From contig OZ249436.1 of NCBI GenBank assembly GCA_965235115.1, positions 1,056,001-1,120,000 of the forward strand: a stretch of DNA of 64,000 nucleotides, written 5' to 3'. The stretch is from Laetmonice hystrix (taxonomy: Eukaryota). Under the pieces are notes generated by a model. It worked only from the letters and a program-made list of their open reading frames with translations. It was not told the origin of the DNA and searched no databases. The translations under genes and the position numbers were made by a program. Position 1 is the stretch's first letter. Each line of letters begins with the position of its first letter. Below are positions 25,301 to 37,300 of this stretch, in pieces.

Positions 25301-28300
25301 TATAACTTCAGCACGGCGTTCACTGCGTCAGGTAAGCACGTTCTCCGTGACTTGGCATTGCTGCCTGGTGCAGCGAGGATCGACTGTGTAAAAGTTGACT
25401 ATGGTTTCAACGCCTGTCTCATGTTAGGCCTCATGTAGGTCTACCAATATTGACATCGTTACTCCTGGGCCCAGTTTTGTAAACGTAAATCAAGCAGTAT
25501 CTCGTGCTTACAATACAAACACGCTGAAAATATAGGCTAGACTTGCCACAACTGACTGTGAAAATGTTTACAAGTTTGATTTGCCACTTGATAAAATCCA
25601 CTTGATATATTGGGAACAACAACTGAAGAGACTGTCTGTTGATAAGCCTTTGGTTGGTATCTTGACTACAACCTTGTGGTAAGTACGGCTAATGTGTGTT
25701 ATTCAATAGTCACATACTTTTGGAGAGACCTTTGCAAGTTTATATTTTCAGCGTGCGCGCATTGTAAGCTTGAGATACTACTGAAACTTGCTTTTAAAAA
25801 CCGGGCCCTGGAACTTCTATTTCCGAACATGTTATGAAGTCTTGCTACATTCAAATTCCGTCTTTCCGACCCATGTATTACCAGTTCGTTCAGTCTTTCT
25901 GACCTATGTATTACCAGTTCGTTCAGTCTTTCCGACCCATGTATTACCAGTTCGTTCAGCCTTTCTGTCCCATGTATTACCAGTTCGTTCAGCCTTTCCG
26001 ACCCATGTATTACCAGTTCGTTCAGTCTTTCCGACCCATGTATTACCAGTTCGTTCAGTCTTTCCGACCTATGTATTACCAGTTCGTTCAGTCTTTCCGA
26101 CCTATGTATTACCAGTTCGTTCAGTCTTTCCGACCTATGTATTACCAGTTCGTTCAGCCTTTCCGTCCCATGTATTACCAGTTCGTTTAGTCTTTCCGAC
26201 CCATGTATTACCAGTTCGTTCAGTCTTTCCGACCCATGTATTACCAGTTCGTTCCAGTAGGCATATTTCTGTTAAAATCTTTAAAAAATGCGGGCATGTG
26301 TAAAGTTAACATCCGCTTCCTGGATGTCGTGCGCCGATTCAGATTTCTAGGATCCGATTCGGCATGCACTGGGGTTCGCATATCGGCTAGGCCTAGGCAT
26401 ATACATACATAATTGTCATTAGGGGCTGTATAATTGTAATTAGGGGCTGCCAATTCTATAATAACTGGTCCCTTCATCAGGACATGAACCTTACACACCT
26501 GTTTGATGTTTCCGTGCAATTTCTCAAAGAAAAGAAATTGGCGAGGGCCTTAGTCTAAATTCAGTACCAGTTCAGGACAATGTACTTTGAGAAACTCTTC
26601 ATACTGAACCCGGCAACTGGTAATGTATCTCTGAGGGAAACAGGTATTGTAATGTACTTCACGGTTATCATCATCTTGTCAGAATGGACCCCAGAACGTT
26701 CAGGCTGCTACCGCCCGGCCTTTTACGACATGACGTCATATGACGGTACAGAAAACAACGTTGTGACGCGGCTCGAGCCAGTGGTCGTCATGGTGTCCGG
26801 CCAACGAACCAATCAGGATCAACCTATGTATGACGCAGGTAACAGCAGTGGCTACACTTGGTTTGACCGAGATACTTCTGTGCATGTTCAGGGCAGGTGT
26901 AGGGGTCTTTCCAGCAATAAACATGTCTGTTTTAATCCATTGAGGTATTTTATAGGCCCTTCAGTTGAATCACGTTTCTTGCTGCAGGACTGTACTGTAA
27001 GTGGTTGATACGTGGGGAGGTGGGAAGCCAGTTAGTGATGAACTTCCTCGACTTCGTTGTTTACCCTCAAGACCCAACCTGCAGCTCCGACGGTCTAGTC
27101 ATCCATGCTGGTAATTCGACCGACGACCCCATGTTTGGTATGTAATGATGTAGGTTTTGATTTAGTCTAATGACTTATGTTTTACTTTGCACTGAGAAAT
27201 AATTGACGTGACATGTTTCTGCCGGGTTTAGTTCATAGTTTCCTGTTCAGAAACACATCAAGGGTTAAACGTGCTAGAAATGTTAAGGAGTTAAGTTATA
27301 TTTTTTAATCAGAAACCTTGTTTAGTTATGTTAACTTCCTTTGTTTTGTTAGGACCGTTCTGCGGATCCTCGCCGTCGGTTCGGCAGCAGACGGTGACGT
27401 CAGACTCGGGAGAATTCCTTGTAGTTTTCTACTCGGACACCACACAACATACCCGGGTCGGAGGGATCGTACGGGCCATCGTCACCGTCAACGGTAAGCT
27501 TTCTGCATGTACACCCCCCCCCCCCATCTAAGTGACACTTGTATACCAGACTGAACCTCTGGAGGGGACATAACTCCCACCTCTACAATACTTGGTTACA
27601 AAGTAGACGTCAGTAACGGAGGTGAAGGTCCGAGTTGAGCGACAGAGAATGACAGTTGCCGTTTAGACCAGCTGGGAGAGGTGAAGGCCTGAGTTGAGCG
27701 TGTGGTGTACCTGTTTCAGAGAATGACAGTTGCCGTTTTGACCAGCTGGGAGAGGTGCAGGTCCTAGTTGAGCGTGTGGTGTACCTGTTTCAGAGAATGA
27801 CAGTTGTCGTTTTGACCAGCTGGGAGAGGTGAAGGCCTGAGTTGAGCGTGTGGTGTACCTGTTTCAGAGAATGACAGTTGTCGTTTTAACCAGCTGGGAG
27901 AGGGGAAAGTCCTAGTTGAGTGTGTGGTGTACCTGTTTCAGAGAATGACAGTTGCCGTTTTGACCAGCTGGGAGAGGTGAAGCTCCGAGTTGAGCGTGTG
28001 GTGTACCTGTTTCAGAGAATGACAGTTGTCGTTTTGACCAGCTGGGAGAGGTGAAGCTCCGAGTTGAGCGTGTGGTGTACCTGTTTCAGAGAATGACAGT
28101 TGCCGTTTGACCAGCTGAGAGAGGTGAAGGCCCGAGTTGAGTGTGTGGTGTACCTGTTTCAGAGAATGACAGTTGCCGTTTTGACCAGCTGGGCGAGGTG
28201 AAGACGAAGACACTGTTGTCCTCGTGTGGTGTCATCCTGTCGCCATTCTTCCCGGCTGAGGTGGGCGTCGGTCTGTGGACGTGGGTTATCGAAGGTCCAG

Positions 28301-31300
28301 ACGCCAACCAAGGGTCCTTCTTCACCGTCAATCTGTACTATGTCAGGGGCCCGGCACACACGGGGTGCTCCGAATACTTCAAGAGTATGTCACACACAGT
28401 TCTCACTATAATTACCCTGTACTTGCCGATATCTTACTGATTTACACAATATGATCGATGACATAGGATGGTATTGGTTTAGTAGTTGTAAGTCGTATAG
28501 GGCCTATGGAAATGACGGTATGCATCAGGCAATAGTTATATTAATTCCATCGGAAAATGAATGGTAGACATTTTCTCAAATTAATTGTGAAAGTCTTCTC
28601 TAAAGACAACCATTTTGTTCATGCTTCGATACGATACGATATTTAAGTGTTTTTAAAACTATACCAAAGAACTTGGATGATTTGCTTGGCGACCACCTCA
28701 TTGCTGAGTCTGTGTTACCGTCTTATGAGGACTTTGCGACTTTTCTCCAGTAAACGAAATTTCCAAGGATTCGAGCGTCCTCAAACAGCCTCAGGCTGAT
28801 GTTCTGACGCTCTGTGCTCACACAGATCTGTTTCTACCTACAAAAGCAATCAAGGTAGGAAACCATTCCTTGGCTTGGAAATCTGGATTTAACTAGTGTA
28901 CCGGAACGTGAGGATGAGCTTTTACTAAATTCTAGTTTTCACTTCAGTAATTAGTGCATCAATGTGTAGATTGTGTTACCGTAAGATTGTACCTGGACTA
29001 TTTCGACCCGACCCCAGCGGCTCCGCTATATCTTACAGTTGCCGCCCTACCAGAAGCTAGGGATCGAACTTAATACCTTGGAGAGTTTGTTCAGCCAGCG
29101 GTGGGAGTTCAAACTTTCCTACATGTCTGAGAGGATGTCCGTACCTCCATATATGGAGAGTAAGTAATCCAAGATTGGATCGGAATGGGTGGTTTTAACT
29201 GACGAACTGGGGAGGGGGTACTACGAGGGAAGTCTATTAACGGGGCTTTGAAAACGGCGTAAAACATGTCGACTTTCTTTTGGGACACCCTGTACGCGTG
29301 TATTTCGAAAAGTTGAGGCGCGAAAAGTTCCGACAGTTATGCCCACCTCAGAATATACGACACGAAGTACACTAGCTGTACTTATAGCTCCCGATTATGA
29401 TCGCGTCCTGTAGTCTGCAAAGTTGGGAGGTTTTGAATATTGAAGAGTTGGTACACCATATAAAAGAAAGTTGAGATACTTTGTATATTTGACAATGGTG
29501 ACCACAGCATTCAACCTATTTTCAGGTACTAACCGATTTTGGGTTTGTGATTGCAGGTGAGCTTGAGACGTGCCCTGTGGACAGCCCGCCGTACCAGTAT
29601 TACCGCGGCCATTGTTACAGGTATATCGCTCACGTACTCAGACATTTTGAGACGAACGAAGGCAGGTTTGATTACACGGAAACTTGGCAGAAGTCGGCAG
29701 ATCAGTGTGTCAGGGAGAATGGTACCCTACTCACAATCAAAGACGAGGACGAGGCGTACTTTGTTAAGGCAGGTATTTATTATATACAACGTAATTAGGG
29801 GGCGACCATTTGGGGGGGGGGGGGCTGGAGGTTTTCTTGGGAATATATTTTTTATTTCAATTTCTTTTCAATTTCTTTTCAACACTCATGGCAACATTTT
29901 ATTTATTTCACATGAGACTAATTTATTTCGGGCATGGTCAGGGAGAATTTATTTAATTCACCAATTTTCCACCAGAAATTATTTATTTCCAAAAACACCC
30001 AGCCCCCCCCCCCCCCCTAAATATCTAATGGTCGCCCCCTGATATCTCAATATCTCACAGACCGAGCACACGTTCCCACCATAGTTTATTAATAGATGAC
30101 TCGGTAATCCGTATGTTCCACAATCTGAACACATTTTAATGGGAACCAAACTGTTCGGATAAACGAGGTCTGACAATACGTTTCCAGTATATGCTCTCAC
30201 ACGGTTGGTTTTGGCACCCGGCTACCAGTTACCACGGAAACCACAGGTTAACATTTATTGGCCTTCACAACCGGGGTGAGACCTACTCCTGGCTGGATGG
30301 AACACACGTGGCGTGAGTTACAGCACTCTCAATCAGTAATCATCTTGGTTAATCTGATCAGGTTTCTCAACGGACAGGGATCACAAAGCAATTCCACACT
30401 CTTTCAAATCGAAATTCCCAAAGAATATCAATCTCTCTTAACGTATTTCTCAAATGTCGAATGAGAGAAATAATGCACTTTCTAGAATCACTTGGTCACT
30501 TACCAAAGTGAGATTTCCGTTGAGGAATTACAAGTTCATTGATAACATTGGTTTACACGGGCCACCGTAAGTAGTATCTGGAAATGACGGTTAGTGTCAG
30601 GCGTGTTACCAATGTGTTGAGATTTACAAGTTCATTGATAACATTGTTTACACGGCCACCGTAAGTAGTATCTGGAAATGACAGTTAGTGTCAGGCGTGT
30701 TACCAATGTGTTGAGATTTACAAGTTCATTGATAACATTGGTTTACACGGGCCACTGTAAGTAGTATCTGGAAATGACAGTTAGTGTCAGGCGTGTTAAT
30801 CAAGGATCGCGAGAGAGAAATGAAAAATTTGTACCATCTGTTGGTCAAAACTTTCAAAAACCTAAAACTACCCGGCAGCAAGGAGCTTACTCTGTTAATA
30901 TGTGGAATAATTTGTTGTGAAGTTACACGGACTGGTATTGGCCGCGGCCGGCCATGGAGACAGGGCCGGTGGTGGAGGACACAGACCCCCGAACTGTCGA
31001 CTTGCTCCATGTGAAGACGGCCCAACCCACCGCCGACTCAGGGTCACTGTGTACAGTGGCCCTGCCCAACTCCCCACACAACTCACTCAACTGGGCCAAG
31101 ATCCCATGTGACTACCCCTTCCAGCAAGCAGGGTCAGTCTGTAAACGGCCTGCCATCCACAGCAATGACAACGGTATGTGATTGTGGACAGTAGATGCAA
31201 CACCGCAAGATCACAGGGAACTTGGGACTCATTTTATTAATTCAAAATAATCTAATAATTTAAACATGTCTTTTATCATTTAAAACTCTGGAATGCGAAG

Positions 31301-34300
31301 TCCAGTTGTTTCTTTAGTTTCTCTCGCGATAAATATTAATATTTTCATTATCTGTCATACATAGGCTTAAATCGGCTTAATTGTATATGTTATTAATTTA
31401 TATTTATTGTGGGGATATAGTATTCTATTAAGAGTAGTTGGCCGGACATGATCAGTCCAAATGATTATGGTACTTGTGGCATGCTCAGATTAAACCATTA
31501 TAACAATTTGCTGGTTTTAGACAGTTCAGTAATGGATGCCGAGATGTTGGTGCAATCTCTTCGAGTCATGGAATCCCAAGGTTACTCAGGTCGGTCGTCA
31601 GAAAGTGAACAATTTAACTTACATACATACAACTTATACTTAAACAATTCCGGTTATCTCCCGTTTGTAACATTCTGCCAATCATGGTGATCATAACATC
31701 GATGTTCCTTGTTACACGCGTTATATTTGTGTCCCGTGAGGACTTGGATGTGTTCTCTGTACACAGCCTGTCCCAGTGGCTGTACTTTACACGTGTTATA
31801 TTTGTGTCCCGTGACGACTTGGATGTGTTCTCTGTACACAGCCTGTCCCAGTGGCTGTACTTTACACGTGTTATATTTGTGTCCCGTGACGACTTGGATG
31901 TGTTCTCTGTACACAGCCTGTCCCAGTGGCTGTACTTTACACGTGTTATATTTGTGTCCCGTGACGACTTGGATGTGTTCTCTGTACACAGCCTGTCCCA
32001 GTGGCTGTACTTTACACGTGTTATATTTGTGTCCCGTGACGACTTGGATGTGTTCTCTGTACACAGCCTGTCCCAGTGGCTGTACTTTACACGTGTTATA
32101 TTTGTGTCCCGTGACGACTTGGATGTGTTCTCTGTACACAGCCTGTCCCAGTGGCTGTACTTTACACGTGTTATATTTGTGTCCCGTGACGACTTGGATG
32201 TGTTCTCTGTACACAGCCTGTCCCAGTGGCTGTACTTTACACGTGTTATATTTGTGTCCCGTGACGACTTGGATGTGTTCTCTGTACACAGCCTGTCCCA
32301 GTGGCTGTACTTTACACGTGTTATATTTGTGTCCCGTGACGACTTGGATGTGTTCTCTGTACACAGCCTGTCCCAGTGGCTGTACTTTACACGTGTTATA
32401 TTTGTGTCCCGTGACGACTTGGATGTGTTCTCTGTACACAGCCTGTCCCAGTGGCTGTACTTTACACGTGTTATATTTGTGTCCCGTGACGACTTGGATG
32501 TGTTCTCTGTACACAGCCTGTCCCAGTGGCTGTACTTTACACGTGTTATATTTGTGTCCCGTTACGACTTGGATGTGTTCTCTGTACACAGCCTGTCCCA
32601 GTGGCTGTACTTTACACGTGTTATATTTGTGTCCCGTTACGACTTGGATGTGTTCTCTGTACACAGCCTGTCCCAGTGGCTGGCTGACGGTTGGCACACG
32701 GTGTTTCCAACTTTATACCGATTACACCCGTGTAACAAACACTACCCATAACCCGGCACAAAACATGGTGTGGACTGACGCTAAGTCAATATGTCACCGA
32801 CTTCAAGGTCGTCCAGCTCGGCTAGATAATGACACGTTCAGTAAGATTAAACAGTTCCTCTACATCTGGAACCATCGCCTTGAACACGGAGACATCTGGC
32901 TGGACAGAGAGGCAGACCGCTGCTCTATTATACATGTTAGTATAATCTACTGGGTTAGTATAATCTACTGGGGATACATTAACATGGAAGAGCAGGACCA
33001 GAAAACGGCAAATACCCAATCTGGTGGTTGAATAGGGTAGACCTAATATTTTACTATTCACATTATAGGCAATGCCAGATAATGCTGTTGAGTATTAACT
33101 AGGCCTCAGAATGTATCATATAGAATATTCACATTATAGGCAATGCCAGATAACGCTGTTGAGTATTAACTAGGCCTCAGAATGTATCATATAGAATATT
33201 CACATTATAGGCAATGCCAGATAACGCTGTTGAGTATTAACTAGGCCTCAGCATGTATCATATAGAATATTCCTAGTGATTTACTTATTCCAAAGATATT
33301 TTTGTTTCAGATCTCCAAGAAACACCGTCTTGATGAACTGGTGGACTACAGTTTGTCTTCAGATTGGTGTCATATCGTCAATAATTGGTGCCATATCGTC
33401 AATAATAACCCTCACATTTACAATGTATTATGTGTGACGGAACCGACAAGTACGTTAACGTGCCAGAAGTTTAATCAAATATTAGGCCTACCGTTCCTTA
33501 TGTATAGGCATTGTGTTTTCATACACAAAATCTGTATATGAATATATAATACAATGTTACATTTAATCTTTCTGAGTACATGATGAAAGATGACATTTTG
33601 TTTACAGGAGTTCGTGAAACGTGTAGCTCGGACGAATTCCAGTGTGTGAACAAAGTGTGCGTGTCGATCGACCACGTCTGTGACGGCACCAACGATTGTT
33701 TTGACGGCAGTGACGAGAAATCCTGCGGTAGGTGTCACTACCTGTCACTAGGTGTCACTAGCTATCACCACCGACTTGTCACCCTTCATTCTGGGACATT
33801 CGGGTGTTAGCGTTATATATAATTATATATCCGTCAGCTAAAGAGTACGGGCCGGGATACTTTCCTTGTGAGGACAAGGCCAGATGTATACCAATATCTC
33901 TGTATTGTTGTAGAGTGCGGGCCGGGATACTTTCCGTGTGAGGACAAGGCCAGATGTATACCAATATCTCTGTATTGTTGTAGACTGCGGGCCGGGATAC
34001 TTTCCGTGTGGGGACAAGGCCAGATGTATACCAATATCTCTGTATTGTTGTAGACTGTGGGCCGGGATACTTTCCGTGTGAGGACAAGGCCAGATGTATA
34101 CCAATATCTCTGTATTGTTGTAGAGTGCGGGCCGGGATACTTTCCGTGTGAGGACAAGGCCAGATGTATACCAATATCTCTGTATTGTTGTAGAGTGCGG
34201 GCTGGGATACTTTCCGTGTGAGGACAAGGCCAGATGTATACCAATATCTCTGTATTGTTGTAGACTGCGGGCCGGGATACTTTCCGTGTGGGGACAAGGC

Positions 34301-37300
34301 CAGATGTATACCAATATCTCTGTATTGTTGTAGACTGTGGGCCGGGATACTTTCCGTGTGAGGACAAGGCCAGATGTATACCAATATCTCTGTATTGTTG
34401 TAGACTGTGGGCCGGGATACTTTCCGTGTGAGGACAAGGCCAGATGTATACCAATATCTCTGTATTGTTGTAGAGTGCGGGCCGGGATACTTTCCGTGTG
34501 AGGACAAGGCCAGATGTATACCAATATCTCTGTATTGTTGTAGAGTGCGGGCCGGGATACTTTCCGTGTGAGGACAAGGCCAGATGTATACCAATATCTC
34601 TGTATTGTTGTAGAGTGCGGGCCGGGATACTTTCCGTGTGAGGACAAGGCCAGATGTATACCAATATCTCTGTATTGTTGTAGACTGCGGGCCGGGATAC
34701 TTTCCGTGTGAGGACAAGGCCAGATGTATACCAATATCTCTGTATTGTTGTAGACTGCGGGCCGGGATACTTTCTGTGTGAGGACAAGGCCAGATGTATA
34801 CCAATATCTCTGTATTGTTGTAGAGTGCGGGCCGGGATACTTTCCGTGTGAGGACAAGGCCAGATGTATACCAATATCTCTGTATTGTTGTAGACTGCGG
34901 GCCGGGATACTTTCCGTGTGAGGACAAGGCCAGATGTATACCAATATCTCTGTATTGTTGTAGACTGCGGGCCGGGATACTTTCCGTGTGAGGACAAGGC
35001 CAGATGTATACCAATATCTCTGTATTGTTGTAGAGTGCGGGCCGGGATACTTTCCGTGTGAGGACAAGGCCAGGTGTATACCAATATCTCTGTATTGTTG
35101 TAGAGTGCGGGCCGGGATACTTTCCGTGTGGGGACAAGGCCAGATGTATACCAATATCTCTGTATTGTGACTTCAAGAGGGATTGTCACGACGGTTCGGA
35201 CGAAAATAACTGCAGTAAGAGTTTTTCTTTGTAAAAAACAGCCTGGGAGACAACATGGAAAGATTGCCTTTCTTAGTTACAAAAAGAGTCATTACGTTTT
35301 CAGTAATTTTCAGACCTACTACTTTCCCTTCTCTTATAATAATCATTTCTGCATTGCTGAACACAAAAGATCATAACTTTCTTTGGTTCAGACATTTTTG
35401 CCTTTTTCCTCTGTAGTTATGGAGACGTGTACAGCAGCGCAGTTCCGATGTGATAATGGCGAGTGTATTGACAAAGAAAAGAGTTGTGACTTTAACCGGG
35501 ATTGTGTGGATGGCAGTGACGAATCACCCAGTTTATGCGGTAAATCTCGAAACATTCTCCACCATTTACAGTGTGATAATACAATCAACACACTTTTCTT
35601 AACATCTTTTTACAACCCACAAAAGCATTTCCAATCGGGCATTTGCTACAACGTCTGAATAAAACATGCTATAGCTTTTGTATAAAACAAAAGATGTCCG
35701 TGTTTGATTGTGATTGGCGTGGCACTGGCAGTGGGTCAGTGCCACGCCAATCACAAAACAAAAGATGCCCGTGTTTGATTGTGATTGGCGTGGCACTGGC
35801 AGTGGGTCAGTGCCACGCCAATCACAAAACAAAAGATGTTGTCCATTGTTGATTGTGATGGAGTGGCACTGGCAGTGGGTCAGTGCCACGCCAATCACAA
35901 AACAAAAGATGTTGTCCGTTGTTGATTGTGATGGAGTGGCACTGGCAGTGGGTCAGTGCCACGCCAATCACAAAACAAAAGATGTTGTCCGTTGTTGATT
36001 GTGATTGGCGTGGCACTGGCAGTGGGTCAGTGCCACGCCAATCACAAAACAAAAGATGTTGTCCGTTGTTGATTGTGATGGAGTGGTACTGGCAGTGGGT
36101 CAGTGCCACACCAATCACAAAACAAAAGATGTTGTCCGTTGTTGATTGTGATTGGCGTGGTACTGGCAGTGGGTCAGTGCCACGCCAATCACAAAACAAA
36201 AGATGTTGTCCGTTGTTGATTGTGATGGAGTGGCACTGGCAGTGGGTCAGTGCCACGCCAATCACAAAACAAAAGATGTGGTCCGTTGTTGATTGTGATG
36301 GAGTGACACTGGCAGTGGGTCAGTGCCACGCCAATCACAAAACAAAAGATGTGGTCCGTTGTTGATTGTGATGGAGTGGTACTGGCAGTGGGTCAGTGCC
36401 ACGCCAATCACAAAACAAAAGATGTTGTCCGTTGTTGATTGTGATGGAGTGGTACTGGCAGTGGGTCAGTGCCACGCCAATCACAAAACAAAAGATGTTG
36501 TCCGTTGTTGATTGTGATGGGGTGACACTGGCAGTGGGTCAGTGCCGGGGATTCCAGTGTTACTCAGGTCGATGTCTCCGGGACAAACTCCGTCATGACC
36601 TCGTCTCTGACTGCCCCGGGCTGCAGCGAGAGGATGAGGAGCAAGGATCAGGTAGGCAGAAACTCTAACCTTTACTCCTACAGCTTCTGTCAAGATAAAT
36701 ATAGCCCCACATAGCCAAACGTTTCCATAATCAGTAGCCGATGTTCTGAGGGGTACCGTGCTGTGTAGGCCTAGACAAATTCCCACAGTAATATGGGGGG
36801 TGTTTCATAAACCGGTGTCGTTAGTCGCACGACTAACTACAGTGTCGCACGATGCTGTCGTGTTTCATAATATCACTGTAGTGTCGCACGATAGAAACAA
36901 CTACCGATGGGTTTACTGTAGTTACTTTCTGTTTCAAAAAGAAATCGTACGACTAACTACAGGAATCGTGCGACAGTATTATGCCCCTGATCCACCGGTG
37001 GCGATTGGGCTTCGTGATGGGTTGGCGACATGTTCGTGACATCTTCGCGACAGCCCGAGCATCTAAAAATTGCTCGGCAATCGCGAAACACAATTTCGGT
37101 GGATCAGTTTTGGAGACGGATTGGTGACAGCTTCGCGACACACCTGGCTTTGTGACAGCTTCGCGACAGGTGTCGCCAATATCAAACAAGTTTGATATTC
37201 GCGACTGGCAACGGGCGAGGGTGTTGTTGTCGCAACCGGTGGATCAGGTATGTGATTTTCGCGGCACCTTGGCGCGTGCTTCGAGACAGCTTGGCGACTT

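Noticed and set aside
33779..35189. Three 438-465 aa minus-strand ORFs (and their mirrors at 61094-62218)
   Set aside because: Antisense read-through of a 70-bp repeat that lacks stops on that strand; the sense strand carries the LDLa exon.
31711..36546. CRISPR-like appearance of regular arrays
   Set aside because: No unique spacers, no cas genes, and a eukaryotic intron context.
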